Positions 37,481-49,700 of a stretch of DNA of 64,000 bases are shown in pieces. The notes beneath the pieces were generated by a model. That model saw only the letters and a list, made by a program, of their open reading frames with translations, searched no databases and was not told the DNA's origin. The stretch covers positions 282,720,001-282,784,000 of the forward strand of contig OZ024741.1 in the NCBI GenBank assembly GCA_964016885.1, written 5' to 3'. Made by a program: the position numbers and the translations under genes. The number at the start of each line of letters is the position of its first letter. Position 1 is the first letter of the stretch. This DNA comes from Eledone cirrhosa. Its lineage: Eukaryota.

Positions 37481-40400
37481 TCAAGACTGCTTTGCCCCAT
37501 GTGACTTAAAATGTTCATCAAGAGCAGCTGGGTCTGCATACATGGTACCACAGCACTCATATTTCACTGCTTTGACAGGGTGATGTGTCTTTAAATGTTT
37601 ATTAAGGTTGCTGCTGCTGATAAAAGTTTTGAAGCAGTAGTCACACTTGTGAGGTTTCTCACCTGTGTGTATACGACGGTGCATTTTAACGCTGTAATTG
37701 CATGTGAAAATTTTGTCGCACAAGTCGCAAGGAAAAGCTCGTTCTCGTGTGTGAAGTCGCATGTGCCTAGTTCGGTTGTAGGGGTTATTAAATGTCTTGT
37801 CACAATATGTGCATTTGAGCATACCCTCTCCTGTGTGAATGCGCCGATGTTTTGAGAATGCTGATTGGTCACTGAATGCCTTGCCACAATATTCACAAGT
37901 GTGCGGCTTCTCCCCAGTGTGCGTACGAATATGACGTGACAAATCACATTTCTGCATGAAGGCTTTGCTACACAGTGTACACTTAAACAACTTTTCTCCT
38001 ACATGAAACATCATGTGTTTGTCGGCATTGGCCTTGTCTGTGAAAGTTTTGTTGCAATAGTTACAAGAAAATGGTTTCTCATCAAGATGTATGCGAAGAT
38101 GTTTTGCCAACTGGCCAGAGCCGGCACTGAAAGACTTACCACACAGTTCACATTGGTACGGTCGTTCTCCTGAGTGCACCCTAAGATGTTTCTTCAGGTC
38201 TCCTTTGCGGATGTAATTTTTCTCACAGTAACGACACTGGTAGGGTCTTTTGCCATCATGTGTGAGACGATGTGATTCAAGCTCTGAGGTACTAAGGAAT
38301 TGTTCCTGACAATAGTCGCAAGTGTAAAGAGTTAAGCCACTATGATGTAATAGTGTATGTTGGTAATAGTCAGACAAAAAAGTAAAAGTTTTTGTACACT
38401 GTTCACACTTGAAGCACTTGCGTCGTTTGTGTGCACTCATATGCGATTGAAGGTTGCTCTCATATTTAAATGTTTTGCGACACAATCTGCATTTAATATC
38501 GGAGTTTGTCCCTTCAGGAGTGGACGAAGCACTGACATTATTTACAGTATCAACATTGACTGTTGCTGTGGAGGAATCAACACTGCTACCGTTTGACAAT
38601 GAAGGTGTTGAAGCCACAGCAGCATTCTTATCTAACACGTTAGTTGCACTGTATTCATTCTCAAGTTCCAAGACAGATTCATAGAATTCCATTTCAAGGT
38701 CCTTTTCTCCTGGATTTGGCAAATGCTCTCCATGTCGTTCTCCATGTCCTTTTTGATTGCTGTCGACTGCAGGCCTCATCCCACTCTCTGCATTCAGGTT
38801 GGGTACATTAACAATAACAGCTTTGTGGCTACTACTACTGCTGCTACTGCTACTACTAGAAGGATGGACATTTGATGTGGAGCTAATTATACTGCCCGAG
38901 CCAGTTCCACTACCACTTGGTCGATCTATTGACATCACAGCCTTTGCTCCATTATTGCAGTTGTCAGTGATATTTTGGCTGAGGTTGACCACACAATCTA
39001 CACTGCGTTCAGATCCAGCAAGGTTACTATTTCTACTGTTGTTGCTGCTGCCACCACCACCACCACTGCTGCTGCTACCACTGCTGCCACCACCACCACC
39101 ACTGCTGCTGCTGCTTGCAGCACATTCATTATTACCCGTTTTGGAGAAGCTGTCCAAGTTCTCGTTAAAACTCAAGTTGAGGACATTGGCAAATCGACTA
39201 CTTGGACCCGGAGCAACCAGTGCATTAGTGTTTGAATTTGGTGTGGCATTACTAGTACTAGGGCCCACACTACTACTGCTGCTGCTATTGTTACTACTGC
39301 TGGTACCACAACTATTACAATTATTACTAGAACTCTCTATTGGAATGGTATTACCTATATTACCAATCTTCTTTTTCTTATTAGGCTCATCATTTAGAGT
39401 TCGAAGAAAATCTGAGACTCCCTTAAAATCATCTAATTTTATGATATTTATAGGGTACATGTCAACCCGCGAAAAGTTGTAATTATTTTCTGAAGTGTTA
39501 CAGCTGCCGTTGTTAATGTTGTTATTGCTGTGGCAAATTTTAAGGTTATATGTGCTATTGTGGCTGCTGCTATGGTTGTATTTATTAAGTCTATGCTCAA
39601 ACCCATTTGGAAATGGACTTGTATTGTGACTATGGCTCATATCCATTTCTCTCATCCTTAAATTGTCTACACAATCAGACTTGGAAGTTGAACACACACT
39701 AGCTGCTTCTGGGCGTGTCATTTTCCTAAAATCATTACTGTTTCCTGTGTGATCTTTCATACTCATTTGATGATTTTCCCTTTCCAGAAATCCACTGCAG
39801 CCAGGCTTATCATATTTATTAAGAGGAGAATGACAATTCTGAGGAATACCAATATGCTTCATATGAACTTTTGTGTTCTCCAAATTCCCTGCCATTTTAT
39901 TTGGCAGTGTGGTTGGTATATCTCGTGAATATTTCATACTACTACTATGGTTAATTCTACCTGGATGGGTTTTAAGCCATTTTGAAACCAATTCATTACA
40001 ACAAACTGGTTTTGACCGTTCATTCTCCACACAGACTTTGTTGAGGGGATCCATATAGTTATCAAGGTTTTCAATACTGTTAGGGTTTTTCAATATTCCA
40101 ATATTAACAGGGTTCTCAACAATTCCAATATTTATTTGATTCTCAAGTCCTTGCTCAATGAGTGCAACATCAACAGGATTTTGAACAATCCCAATATCCA
40201 CAGATCGATTTGCTAGTCTTTTCTTAAAAGGAATATCAGAAATACACTGACGATGACATATATCACTAGGGCCACTTCCATCAGGCATTATTTTTTTTCT
40301 CATTTCCAATGGTATTAAAGAGTCACTGTTAAAATCTCCATGATGACTATTTTTATTGGTTCCCATACTAGTTGGTATAGGTATACTACATGGATCGACA

Positions 40401-40837
40401 TGAGAAGTCGATGGAGGTGGCACTGGTTTCCTTTTCCATTCTCTTGAAGAATCACTGTTCTCATATATACTATAGGAACTTTTTGAGTGACTTATATCTT
40501 TACGATGGCTGTCTCTGTTGCTGGAATTATGACGGATCATATCAGTTGAAAGGGTTGATAAAAAGTCTGTTTTTGGTGGGGCATAACAGTGTAAATATGG
40601 TGGTGTCTGACTACTACGGTGAAGGGGCATTGTCGAGGGGGCGGAATGATGTGGAACAGCTTCTTCATTGGTCTCCAAATTAACTGGCAGTTCAGAGAGC
40701 CTTAACTGTGACAGCTGATAATTTCCAAGATCGTTAATTCTACCTGATGTACCTTGGGATCGACTGCAACTTGGCTCTAACTCGATACTTCTCATAATTC
40801 TCTGTTTTTTGTCTTCAACAGAAAGTAAACCAGACAT
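37481..40837 (-). CDS. C2H2 zinc-finger transcription factor, about 1118 aa, uninterrupted coding exon
   Basis: Long open frame (ORF track begins at a GTG at 40909; first ATG is 40837). 11 canonical C2H2 fingers with TGEKP-type linkers, terminal atypical CC..H...H finger, long Ser/Asn/Gly-rich N-terminus. Confidence 0.93.
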   Translation of the reverse strand: MSGLLSVEDKKQRIMRSIELEPSCSRSQGTSGRINDLGNYQLSQLRLSELPVNLETNEEAVPHHSAPSTMPLHRSSQTPPYLHCYAPPKTDFLSTLSTDMIRHNSSNRDSHRKDISHSKSSYSIYENSDSSREWKRKPVPPPSTSHVDPCSIPIPTSMGTNKNSHHGDFNSDSLIPLEMRKKIMPDGSGPSDICHRQCISDIPFKKRLANRSVDIGIVQNPVDVALIEQGLENQINIGIVENPVNIGILKNPNSIENLDNYMDPLNKVCVENERSKPVCCNELVSKWLKTHPGRINHSSSMKYSRDIPTTLPNKMAGNLENTKVHMKHIGIPQNCHSPLNKYDKPGCSGFLERENHQMSMKDHTGNSNDFRKMTRPEAASVCSTSKSDCVDNLRMREMDMSHSHNTSPFPNGFEHRLNKYNHSSSHNSTYNLKICHSNNNINNGSCNTSENNYNFSRVDMYPINIIKLDDFKGVSDFLRTLNDEPNKKKKIGNIGNTIPIESSSNNCNSCGTSSSNNSSSSSSVGPSTSNATPNSNTNALVAPGPSSRFANVLNLSFNENLDSFSKTGNNECAASSSSSGGGGGSSGSSSSGGGGGSSNNSRNSNLAGSERSVDCVVNLSQNITDNCNNGAKAVMSIDRPSGSGTGSGSIISSTSNVHPSSSSSSSSSSSHKAVIVNVPNLNAESGMRPAVDSNQKGHGERHGEHLPNPGEKDLEMEFYESVLELENEYSATNVLDKNAAVASTPSLSNGSSVDSSTATVNVDTVNNVSASSTPEGTNSDIKCRLCRKTFKYESNLQSHMSAHKRRKCFKCEQCTKTFTFLSDYYQHTLLHHSGLTLYTCDYCQEQFLSTSELESHRLTHDGKRPYQCRYCEKNYIRKGDLKKHLRVHSGERPYQCELCGKSFSAGSGQLAKHLRIHLDEKPFSCNYCNKTFTDKANADKHMMFHVGEKLFKCTLCSKAFMQKCDLSRHIRTHTGEKPHTCEYCGKAFSDQSAFSKHRRIHTGEGMLKCTYCDKTFNNPYNRTRHMRLHTRERAFPCDLCDKIFTCNYSVKMHRRIHTGEKPHKCDYCFKTFISSSNLNKHLKTHHPVKAVKYECCGTMYADPAALDEHFKSHGAKQS

Positions 40838-41284
40838 TTTCAATTTGTACTCAGAGTGCGTGAAGAAAAGGGATGGAATATCTAAGAATTTATGTAAATG
40901 ATAAATCACGCAGAACTTGAAAGCATGAAAAATGTGTCAGGAAAGTTTTACTCTGAGTATATTAGTAAAGTAACTTTCCTCTTTGTGAATACAGCAAGTA
41001 AAGGCATGAGTTGAGTAATATATGGAAAAAGGACAAAATTAGAGGAATAGTTGTGTATAGAGAACAGATAGCAGCTGAAGTGAAGGTATGGCCTAGATAT
41101 AACAGAAATTACTTGTTAACAGGTTAACAACCATACCAAAAGGACTATACCATAGTTGAGACGTATGTTTAACTGGTATTCTGTTGTTAGCACAGACAGT
41201 AGATACTCCTTAAAGAAAGGTTATAATTGGGTGTGAAATATCAGCACTTATTTGATATACACCCATATGGTCAGAAACGGGGAT

Positions 41285-41330
41285 CTGAAACGAGTTTCAA
41301 AAAAAGAGGAAAAAAAAGAAAGAAAAATTA
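41285..41330 (-). promoter_or_regulatory. Probable splice acceptor of the ZNF coding exon (about 450 nt of 5' UTR before the ATG)
   Basis: Minus strand TTAAT, long T/C tract, then GAAACTCGTTTCAG|ATCCCC. Confidence 0.65.
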
Positions 41331-42448
41331 ATATTGAATAAAAATGACATAAAAACAAATATATTCATAACTTTTTAATTAAGACAACATAAAAAAAAAT
41401 TTAATTAACATTACAAAAATTTCTTGAGAAAAACTTGAGATTCAAATTTGTTCTGTATGAGCAAGACACTGTCATCTGATCTGGCTTGTCACAATGGAAC
41501 AACTGATGTTAGCATGGAAAAATGGACGTTAAACAGTGATGATGATGATGAACACTACTTTCTAAATTTCTATATCAATCTTTGTTTAAACATTCACTAA
41601 GTTATTAACCTTTGTTCCACTCTTGTAAAAAGGAAAGAACAAACTGAAAATAGTAGTGATATAATTGTTGTTCCAGTCCATAGCCACTAAGAAAACATTC
41701 TTAACAACAGTCATTTGAAAACTGTTTGGTTCAAGTAGTTTTTCCATTTAATGTACTTTAGTTCACTTCACTGATAGGATGTACATTTGAAATAGTGTAT
41801 TTGATGTCTTATAAAACACACCTCAATTTGGGCAGGTATTTAAAATAAATAAATAAATGGGTTTAAATTACGAATGTCAGGTGAAGGGTATAAAGTTTGT
41901 ACATTGTATCTTTTTAAATATTATTCTACATCAGAATTCTAGTTGTAGTATTTTAGTACATATTCAAAGCATAAGGAAGTGTGAAAATTAATCTAAGGGC
42001 CACTGCAGCACTAGAACTCCACTAGTCAGGAACCCAAACTGACCCTTGACCTATAAGACATAGGGTGATTTTCTGGGACATTTTTTAGAAAAAAAAGTAC
42101 GTCTTATAAGCCATCAAATTTGGTAACTATGTTGCGGCCATTCATCACCATCTTTTAACATCCAGTTTCCCTGTTAGCAAGGACTGGATAGCTTGTCAAA
42201 GACTAAGACAGTATTCAAGCAGTGTTACTGACCACTTAGATAGATTGGGGGAGAGGGGCTGCATCTTGCTTACATATGTTCCCACACTCTGAGTGCTGTA
42301 TTCTCACAATACATCCACCTTCAACCTTTTTATATTTTACATTAACTGCATCGATCTTATCCGCCTTCTCTAGTCATCACATCTAACAGCTTCCACCAGA
42401 ATAACAAATATCGATAATATGCAAGAGTTGCAAGTGACTGAACCATAC

Positions 42449-42585
42449 AAGTGGTAGAAGGTGACATCTTTTACATCTTGTCACAACTGTTGAACTATAA
42501 CAGTGGTAAGTGACATCTTCTACATCTTGTCACTACTGTTGAATTATATAAGTGGTAGAAGGTGACATTTTGCACATCTTGTCAA
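42449..42585. repeat. About 2.7 tandem copies of a ~50-bp unit
   Basis: AGTGGTA(GA)AG(G)TGACAT.TT..ACATCTTGTCA repeated. Confidence 0.8.
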
Positions 42586-43734
42586 CAAAGCTGTCTGACC
42601 AACAAGCAAAGCTTTACTTACCAAAGCTCTACAATATGTAGAATCCTCTGTTGGTTTGAACAATAAGCATTAAGTTGTTTCAACAACTGAACTGCTTACC
42701 CTTAAAATTAATGGAATATTCCAAAGAAACATACCCTGAACTTAATCAGCACTATATAATATATAACAAGCTGGACCTATGAATTAAAGATACAAAACAG
42801 CCGACAAACTTCCACACAGTTTCTGTCTGCCTAATTCCGCTTAGAAAAAAGAAAAAGAACTTGGGTCAACCAGAAGCAAAGGTTAAAAAAACTATTGCCC
42901 AAGATGTCACATAATGGGATTAAAAGTGGAACCTCATGATTGTAAAGTTCTCAATGGTGAAGCCATGCATGCATCAAAGATTTAACCTACTACTATTATA
43001 ACATTTGTTTTTCAGAACTCACCAGCTCTTAGACAACTCTACCTATACCTACATAACACACCGTTTTTCCCGTTAATCCTTTTGATATCAATCCACCTGA
43101 AACTGCCCCTGGTTCTGCAATACAAAGCTGTTTCTTTTAAACTTTTTATATTTATCTAAAACCTTCCATCATAATTTTATGTAAGAACCTTTGGATGATT
43201 TTCAAAATTATTTGAAAATGATAGGCAGTGACTTTTATTAGAAATATGATGAAAAGTTTAAAGTAACCAACCAGTCTTAACCACCAGAGCTCACACTAAA
43301 CACTAGAACTACATTTTCCTGGAATTTTCTTTTGTAGCTATTAACATCCTGTATTGCATGAAACTGCATTAGTAAGACATTTTTTAAAAGTACAAAATAA
43401 CACTATAACTGCACCACATTAACAATTAATGTATTTACTGAAATACTGCAAATGTTCACAATTTGTCAAATAGTAAAGATTCTAAAACATTTGAACTAAC
43501 AAACCAGGTTTTAGATGTTAACAGTTAATATTTAAAAGGCTCTATGAAGTCTATGAATATCTAGGAGTGGGGGAGATTATTGCTTTTATTCTTCTTCCTT
43601 AGAATATCGAATTTAATCATACACGTCTCAACAGCTATAAGCATATCTAATGCCTACTACCAATATCATACCAATAAATAATGATTACCATCAATATCAC
43701 AGCTATATATATATATATATATATATATAAATAC

Positions 43735-44097
43735 ACGTCAAGGCAAGCGAAACCAAAGGGCCCCCGAAAATGCTTCAAGGACCAACTCAAGCACCAGCTG
43801 GTCCAAGGCAATATTGATCACAGGGAATGGGAACGCTTGGCAGAAGACAGAGAGAAATGGAAAGCAAGCATCAAAACAGCTGCGGCCTGCTTTGAGGAGG
43901 GCAGGAAGGCGGCAGCTGAAGACAAACATCAAAGAAGAAAGCTGTCTGCCACTCAACCGCCAACTGACTAAGTACACACTCGCCCCAACTGTGGGTCCAG
44001 GATTGGCTTCTACAGCTACCTCAAGGCATGCCGCCACACAGAGCAGGACAGCAATTCTTCCCACTGATCTTCGCAATCGAAGAATTCGCCATTCATA
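43735..44097 (+). mobile_element. RTE (BovB-like) LINE extreme 3' fragment inserted in (TA)n
   Basis: GPRKCFKDQLK..WERLAEDREKWK; degenerate C-terminal zinc-knuckle region; tail hairpin TCTTCG-CAAT-CGAAGA. Confidence 0.75.
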
Positions 44098-44619
44098 TAT
44101 ATATATAATTACTGAGCAACACCAGTTATATATATCGATAAAGCTGTTCTGCAAGAGAGCGGGTTGCAGGTGGCAGATAGTGATATGGCCACTAGAGACG
44201 ATGGCTAGTTGTGATATAAGTGGGCAACTGTTGGATGAATAAGCAACCCTGGACCAACAGTGGTAAACTACTAGGGAAGATGAAGCAATGAGTGACACCT
44301 GTGGCTCCCAAGAAAACTCTCACAACCCAATGTTGTAGTTACAACGAGGCGAGCAAAAGCTGCCTTTAACAAAGCCTAGTCTTCGTGGGTTTGACAAAGT
44401 GCTAGATTGGTGGCTGGCGCAAATAAGACCACTGAAACTGTAACTGCAATATGATGAGGAAAACAAAGAAGAACCGTGTCACATCGTCCTTTATGCCAGT
44501 TAACAACAGATGTGTTCAAGCCTTAGGTAGAGGGGCCTGTTTGAAAAATATATTGCAGTCTCCATTTCATGCCGCAAAAACTGGCGATGGGCCTAGGAGG
44601 CGTGGGATGGACACAAAGG

Positions 44620-45460
44620 TTGCATATATGTAGTTAAGACCCCTGATGGGAGATTTCAATGCACATGTTGGCACTGACCACCTGACATGGAAAGGAGTGA
44701 TTGGAAGGAATGGTGACCCGGATCTAAATATGAATGGAGAGGCCTTACTAGACTTCTGTTCTAGCAATGGACTCTCTATTATGAACACCTTCCAGCAGAG
44801 ACATCCATAAATATACATGGTACAAGGGGAATCAGGGACACAGATCAATAATTGATTTTGTTATTGTCTCTGATCTCTTTGATTCAGTGCTGGATGTTCG
44901 TGTTTAAGAGAGGGGCTGAGCTGTCAACTGATCACCATCTAGTTATCTGCAACTTGAGACTACCTAAAGTGAAAGAAGCCCACAAAACTGGCAGGACCAG
45001 GGTGATGAACAGGATAAAGGGAGAAACATTAATGGATAAAGTCAGGACCAGGTATGCAGATACTATTGCATCCAAATTCAGAGAACTCCCTGAGCAAACT
45101 GAGAACATTGAAACAGAATGGAAATTATTCAGTGCAGCAGTTTCTGCTTCAGTTATTAAATGCTGCAGGCGAAAGAAGCTTGGTGTGGCGCTGGATGGCA
45201 GGAAGACCCTCAATCAAGAGGTCAAAGATGCCATCCAAGAAAAGAAGGAGGCTTACAAAGCTTGACTTTGAAATAAGTCATCCTCCTTGCAGTAGACACA
45301 AAAAAATCACAGCAGAAACAGTAAAAGTATCCAAAGTTAAGAGATTGAAGGACTTTGGAGTTAAGTTGGAATCCAACTTCAGATCAGCAAATAAAGTGTT
45401 CTGGCATACCATCCGCCGACTTTGTAATAAGAAGCCCTCCTCCACACCTGCTATCAAGGC
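44620..45460 (+). pseudogene. RTE-clade LINE AP-endonuclease and linker remnant
   Basis: [51 protein letters not shown]. Confidence 0.85.
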
Positions 45461-45526
45461 CTTAGTATTTATTACAGTCCGTTTATCTCATTGTCTTACA
45501 AGTAAGTAATCAATTTGGGTTGTGTG

Positions 45527-46030
45527 TTAGCCAGATTTATATAAGATCAGATGGCTAGCTGGTTTCCTGAAATTTGTGTTGCAAATAGTTAGTTCATTTG
45601 CATCACAGAATTGCAGGTGCCTCAATCCCTCTTCGTTTCTTGAGCCATAACCATAGCTGCCGTGAACTCCACTGAATTCATCCTGGTACTGTCCCACATG
45701 TCCATTAAAGTCACCTGCCAGGATGACAAGGTAACTTTCATCGGTAACTGAAGTTATCTGTAAAAGTTCCTCATAGAACCTGTTCTTTTGTTCTTTACTC
45801 AGTCCTGCCTGTGGTACATAGGTAGATGTAATTGTCACCATTCTATTTCCTACACCTATTCTAAGCTTGATAATTCTGTCATTTACTCTAACCACATCTA
45901 TTAACTTATCTATCAATTTTTCAGCTATTAAGATGCACACCTGCTACCCCATCATCTTTTCCTACCTAGTAAAGTTTGCATCTATGTTGTTTGCCTGTGA
46001 GTAGTCTTGCTGAGGCACCCCTCACCTCTT
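45527..46030 (-). pseudogene. RTE-clade LINE AP-endonuclease remnant (opposite orientation)
   Basis: DRIIKLRI, STYVPQAG, AGDFNGHVG, RNEEG, ICNTNFRK. Confidence 0.85.
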
Positions 46031-47020
46031 GCTTACAGCAGGTGCCAACATTGAGGGCAGCAGTCCTGAGATTTATACCTTGACAGTTGATACTTCCTTG
46101 AGTAGAAGTTTTATGTACCTAAAAGGTAAAAGGTCTGTGCAATTGTCTGATGATAGTCGAGAGGTTCTCACACATGGCTTTTGTAGCCACCCCATTACTA
46201 TGTGCAGCACTAATATGACTAGTGTTAGCCCTGTACACACGATTAGTGCGACATCATATTTGCTGTGCTTTTCATATTTTTGGCAGGGTTTTTCTGGCTG
46301 GATACCCTTCTTATCACCAACCACTTTATAGTGTGGACTGCGTGCCTTATTCGCGCCACCAGCACTAGAAAGAATGTCTTACTGGACTCAAGAGTCCTCT
46401 CCACACTATCAGTTTTTATTTGGAGTGTCTACTCTCCTACACAAGTTGCCTTCACTACAGCTTGTGGAGTCCCGTTTGCCCTGTGTCATCGTTTTTAATC
46501 AGAGTCACTGTCCTCCTAAATGAGCTGCCTTCATTTCGGCTACAGGGTCGACGTCTGACCCAGAAGATCATTTATAATTGGAGTTTCTACCATCCTAGAT
46601 GATCTGTCATCTCAATAGCTTACAAAGTTAAACATCTACCCCATGCAATCATAATCTTATTTTACTCAGAATGATTGTTCTCTCTGATGATCATCTACAA
46701 TGCAGAGTAGTGATCAACCTTGGTGATATAAGAGGGTAAGTGTAAAAAGCAACGAGCGGGAAGGTTGTGGAAAGGAAGGGGGCTGCAAGATCATGCTGCC
46801 AAACAACGAATCAAATGTTGGTGGAAAGGATGCGGAGACGGTAGAGCATGAAGTTTGCTAATGTGGTCGTTGTTAAGATAAAACATTTAAAAACATGGGA
46901 ATAAACAAATGAAAAATACCGGAAACATTGGAAAACTGTGGAAAAATTAATGAGTGAGTAACTAATTCAAAAGAGATAAAATAGATGGTCATATCTTGCA
47001 TCTACCAATATATATATATA

Positions 47021-47874
47021 TAACAAAGACTAAGGTTCTTGTAAGTAGACGAGAAAACAGAACCCAGATTCCCTCAGGGAAATGGCCTTGCTCTGTATGT
47101 AGGAAAGGTGTAGGTAGGAACTCCATCCTCTGCCCTAAATGCAAACAATGGGTACACAAGAGATGTAGTGGGATCTCAAGAAGTTTAACTAAGAATGTAG
47201 GCTTCATATGTAGCAGCTGTGCTGGGACAACAAGCACCACCAAACTCTGTAGAAACAGTAGACAGCTTCTGCTACCTAGGTGACCGAATTAGCAGCGGAG
47301 GTGGGTGCTCGGAAAGTACAATAACTAGTGTAAGAATGGGATGGAAGAAGTTCAGGGAGCCACTGCTAGCTGCAAAAGGCTTTTCCCTCAAAATGAAAGG
47401 CAGACTGTATGATGCGTGTATACGAACAGCAATGTTACATGGAAATGAAACCTGGGCGTTGTCTCTAGAAGACTTGCGCAGATTAGAAAGAAATGAAACT
47501 TGCATGCTCCGATGGATGTGTAATAGTAATATACGGGAACGGCAAAGTATAGACGAATTGAGAGGGAGACTGAACATCAGAGGGGGTTACGTTGGTATGG
47601 ACATGTGATGCGTATGAAGGATGACAGCTGCATAAAAAGGTGCAGAGCACTAAAAGTCGATGGAAGCCGCGGAGTGGGGAGATCCAAGAAGACCTGGGAT
47701 GAGGTGATAAAGGCCGACAGTACCCAATTGCACCTCTCAAGGGCAATGACACATGACCGTTAACTCTGGCGTCATGCAGTAATACAGAAGACCTGATCCC
47801 CCACAGGAACAAGCCGAAGCTGAAGCATACAGACAATATGCTGGCGTGGAATAACGGACGTAAAACGGTGATGA
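47021..47874 (+). mobile_element. 5'-truncated RTE LINE with PHD-like finger, short-3'UTR variant
   Basis: KTKVLV..WPCSVCRKGVGRNSILCPKCKQWVHKRC; FCYLG; frameshifts; GGACGTAAAACGGTGATGA tail; flanked by (TA)n. Confidence 0.9.
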
Positions 47875-47894
47875 TATATATATATATATATATA

Positions 47895-48765
47895 TAGGGT
47901 GAGGACGATATTTGTTCGCAATTTTCAACTGCTAATTTTATGCAAATTTTTTTTACTTCCGTTGTCACTCTTGTCTTCAAAAAAACAGTGACTATATTTA
48001 TTTTCAGAATAATTGATTCTGAATAATTTTGAACCTCCAAATTTGTGGAAGAGACACGGAGTTCTTCTGGGAATCCGCGCTGGGAGGACAAATAAGGAAA
48101 TTTCAGACTTTCTCAGCGTCAGCAGGAGAATGGTGTCTCATCCAAAGTCGTACCCAGAGTCATACAGAGAAAGTTTCCAGCGACAACATTGGTCTTAGGT
48201 GTCGTCAGCAGTAAAGGTGACATCATGCCACCTCACTTCTTCCCTGAGGGCCTCAAGCTGAACACCGATGGCTACATCCGTGTTCTGAGCGAGGTAGTAA
48301 AGCCCTGGATCGACCAGGTAGCTGCAGGTAGGCCGTACGTGTGGCAGCAAGACTCAGCGCCCTGCCATACCAGCCGAAAGACCCAAGCCTGGCTGTCAGA
48401 GAACTTCGTCAACCACACTTCACCTGACATCTGGCGGCCTCCCAGCTCGCCTGACTGCAACCCCCTCGACTTCTTTGTGTGGGGCGCAGTGGAACAAGAC
48501 ACCAACAGATCTAGCTGCAATACGAAAGACGATCTGAAGGCCAGGATCACAAGTGCCTTTAGGGGCCTAAGTCGGGGGACAGTGACGAAGGCCTGTAGCC
48601 GGTTCCGAGGCCGCCTTGAGGCCGTCATCAAAGCCAATGGCAGGTTTATCGAGTGAGATCGAAAGAACAAGTCATGAAGACAAACTGACCCAAGTTTGAT
48701 AAATATATCTTAAAAAATAAAACTACTGTGTTATTTTTTCCTAGACAAATATTGTCCGCACCCTG
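47895..48765 (+). mobile_element. Tc1/mariner maT (DD37D-like) transposon with internal deletion
   Basis: TIRs YAGGGTGMGGACRATATTTGT, TA target; ORF 48189-48656 has WQQDSAPCH..SPDCNPLDF (38-residue D-D spacing, 37 without the extra R). Confidence 0.88.
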
Positions 48766-49249
48766 TATATATATATATATATAATTACTACTATCACAGC
48801 TATATATCTAATGACTACTACCAATAAAAAAAAATCTTCAAAATTTTGTATAATAAAAGAAGTAAAAGTATTGAAGGTCTCTGATAGAGTACAAGAAATA
48901 GAAAAGAGCTGATTGTCAGACTGGACCAAGGAAACTGTTTCCATTGGTCTGTCCATTGCTTATAGTATCTGCCGATCGCAATTCCCGAGAGAAGAAGGGG
49001 GATTTGAACTTTAAACACACAGAGTCCAATCAGAAACTGCAAAGCATCTTGTCTAACTGCTTAACAATCCCTCCAATCCACTGCCATTGGACTGATTCTT
49101 TGATTAACCTCAAAGGAGGAAAAGCAAAGTTGCCCTCTACAGGTTTTGAACACAGAACATAGAAATCACATTTAATCCTATGCTCTAACAACTCATCTGC
49201 CAATTTGCCACTAAAACAGTGCAATACTAGACTAAATATGTTAGAGACA

Positions 49250-49700
49250 AGAGGAACAAGCTCACAAACAAAAAGGTCATTCTAAGCTCCTGTTTCCTTG
49301 TCAATTTCAATGGAAGAACCTCATTCTTCAAACAAATGTGCAATAGTTCAACCTCACTCTTCAAACAAAACAGTTCTTGAGTTCTGTAAATACAAACATT
49401 TCCAGGACTCAAACAGCTGCAAATAACTGTAGTAATAGCACTGTCCAAGAGGTTGGTAGCAATACTCTATTGTAAGTTTCACTTGAGCTTTGTAGATGTT
49501 GGGAGATGAAGTGTTGGTGATTTAGTCTTTGTGCTGTTGAAAGCAACAAAATTGACATGATTCCATTAGAGGATGTATTACAGGTCTCTGTTTATGAAGT
49601 CTATGTGGATTTAGTGCGAGGTGTCTAGGTTAAGTGTGGATGACACTTAGGTGTGGAGGGTTAAGTGACATCAAGAAGGCTGTTGATGCATAGAAAAAAG
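49250..49700 (-). pseudogene. Very old LINE RT remnant (CR1/Jockey-like)
   Basis: Minus strand fragments YASTAF.., DL..I..W..VNFVAFNSTKTK; many stops. Confidence 0.3.

Noticed and set aside
38757-39482. 241-aa Leu/Pro-rich ORF on the plus strand
   Set aside because: Antisense shadow of the poly-Ser/Gly region of the ZNF gene
40838-40909. N-terminal extension from GTG in the ORF track
   Set aside because: Non-ATG start in a eukaryote; the first in-frame ATG is at 40837
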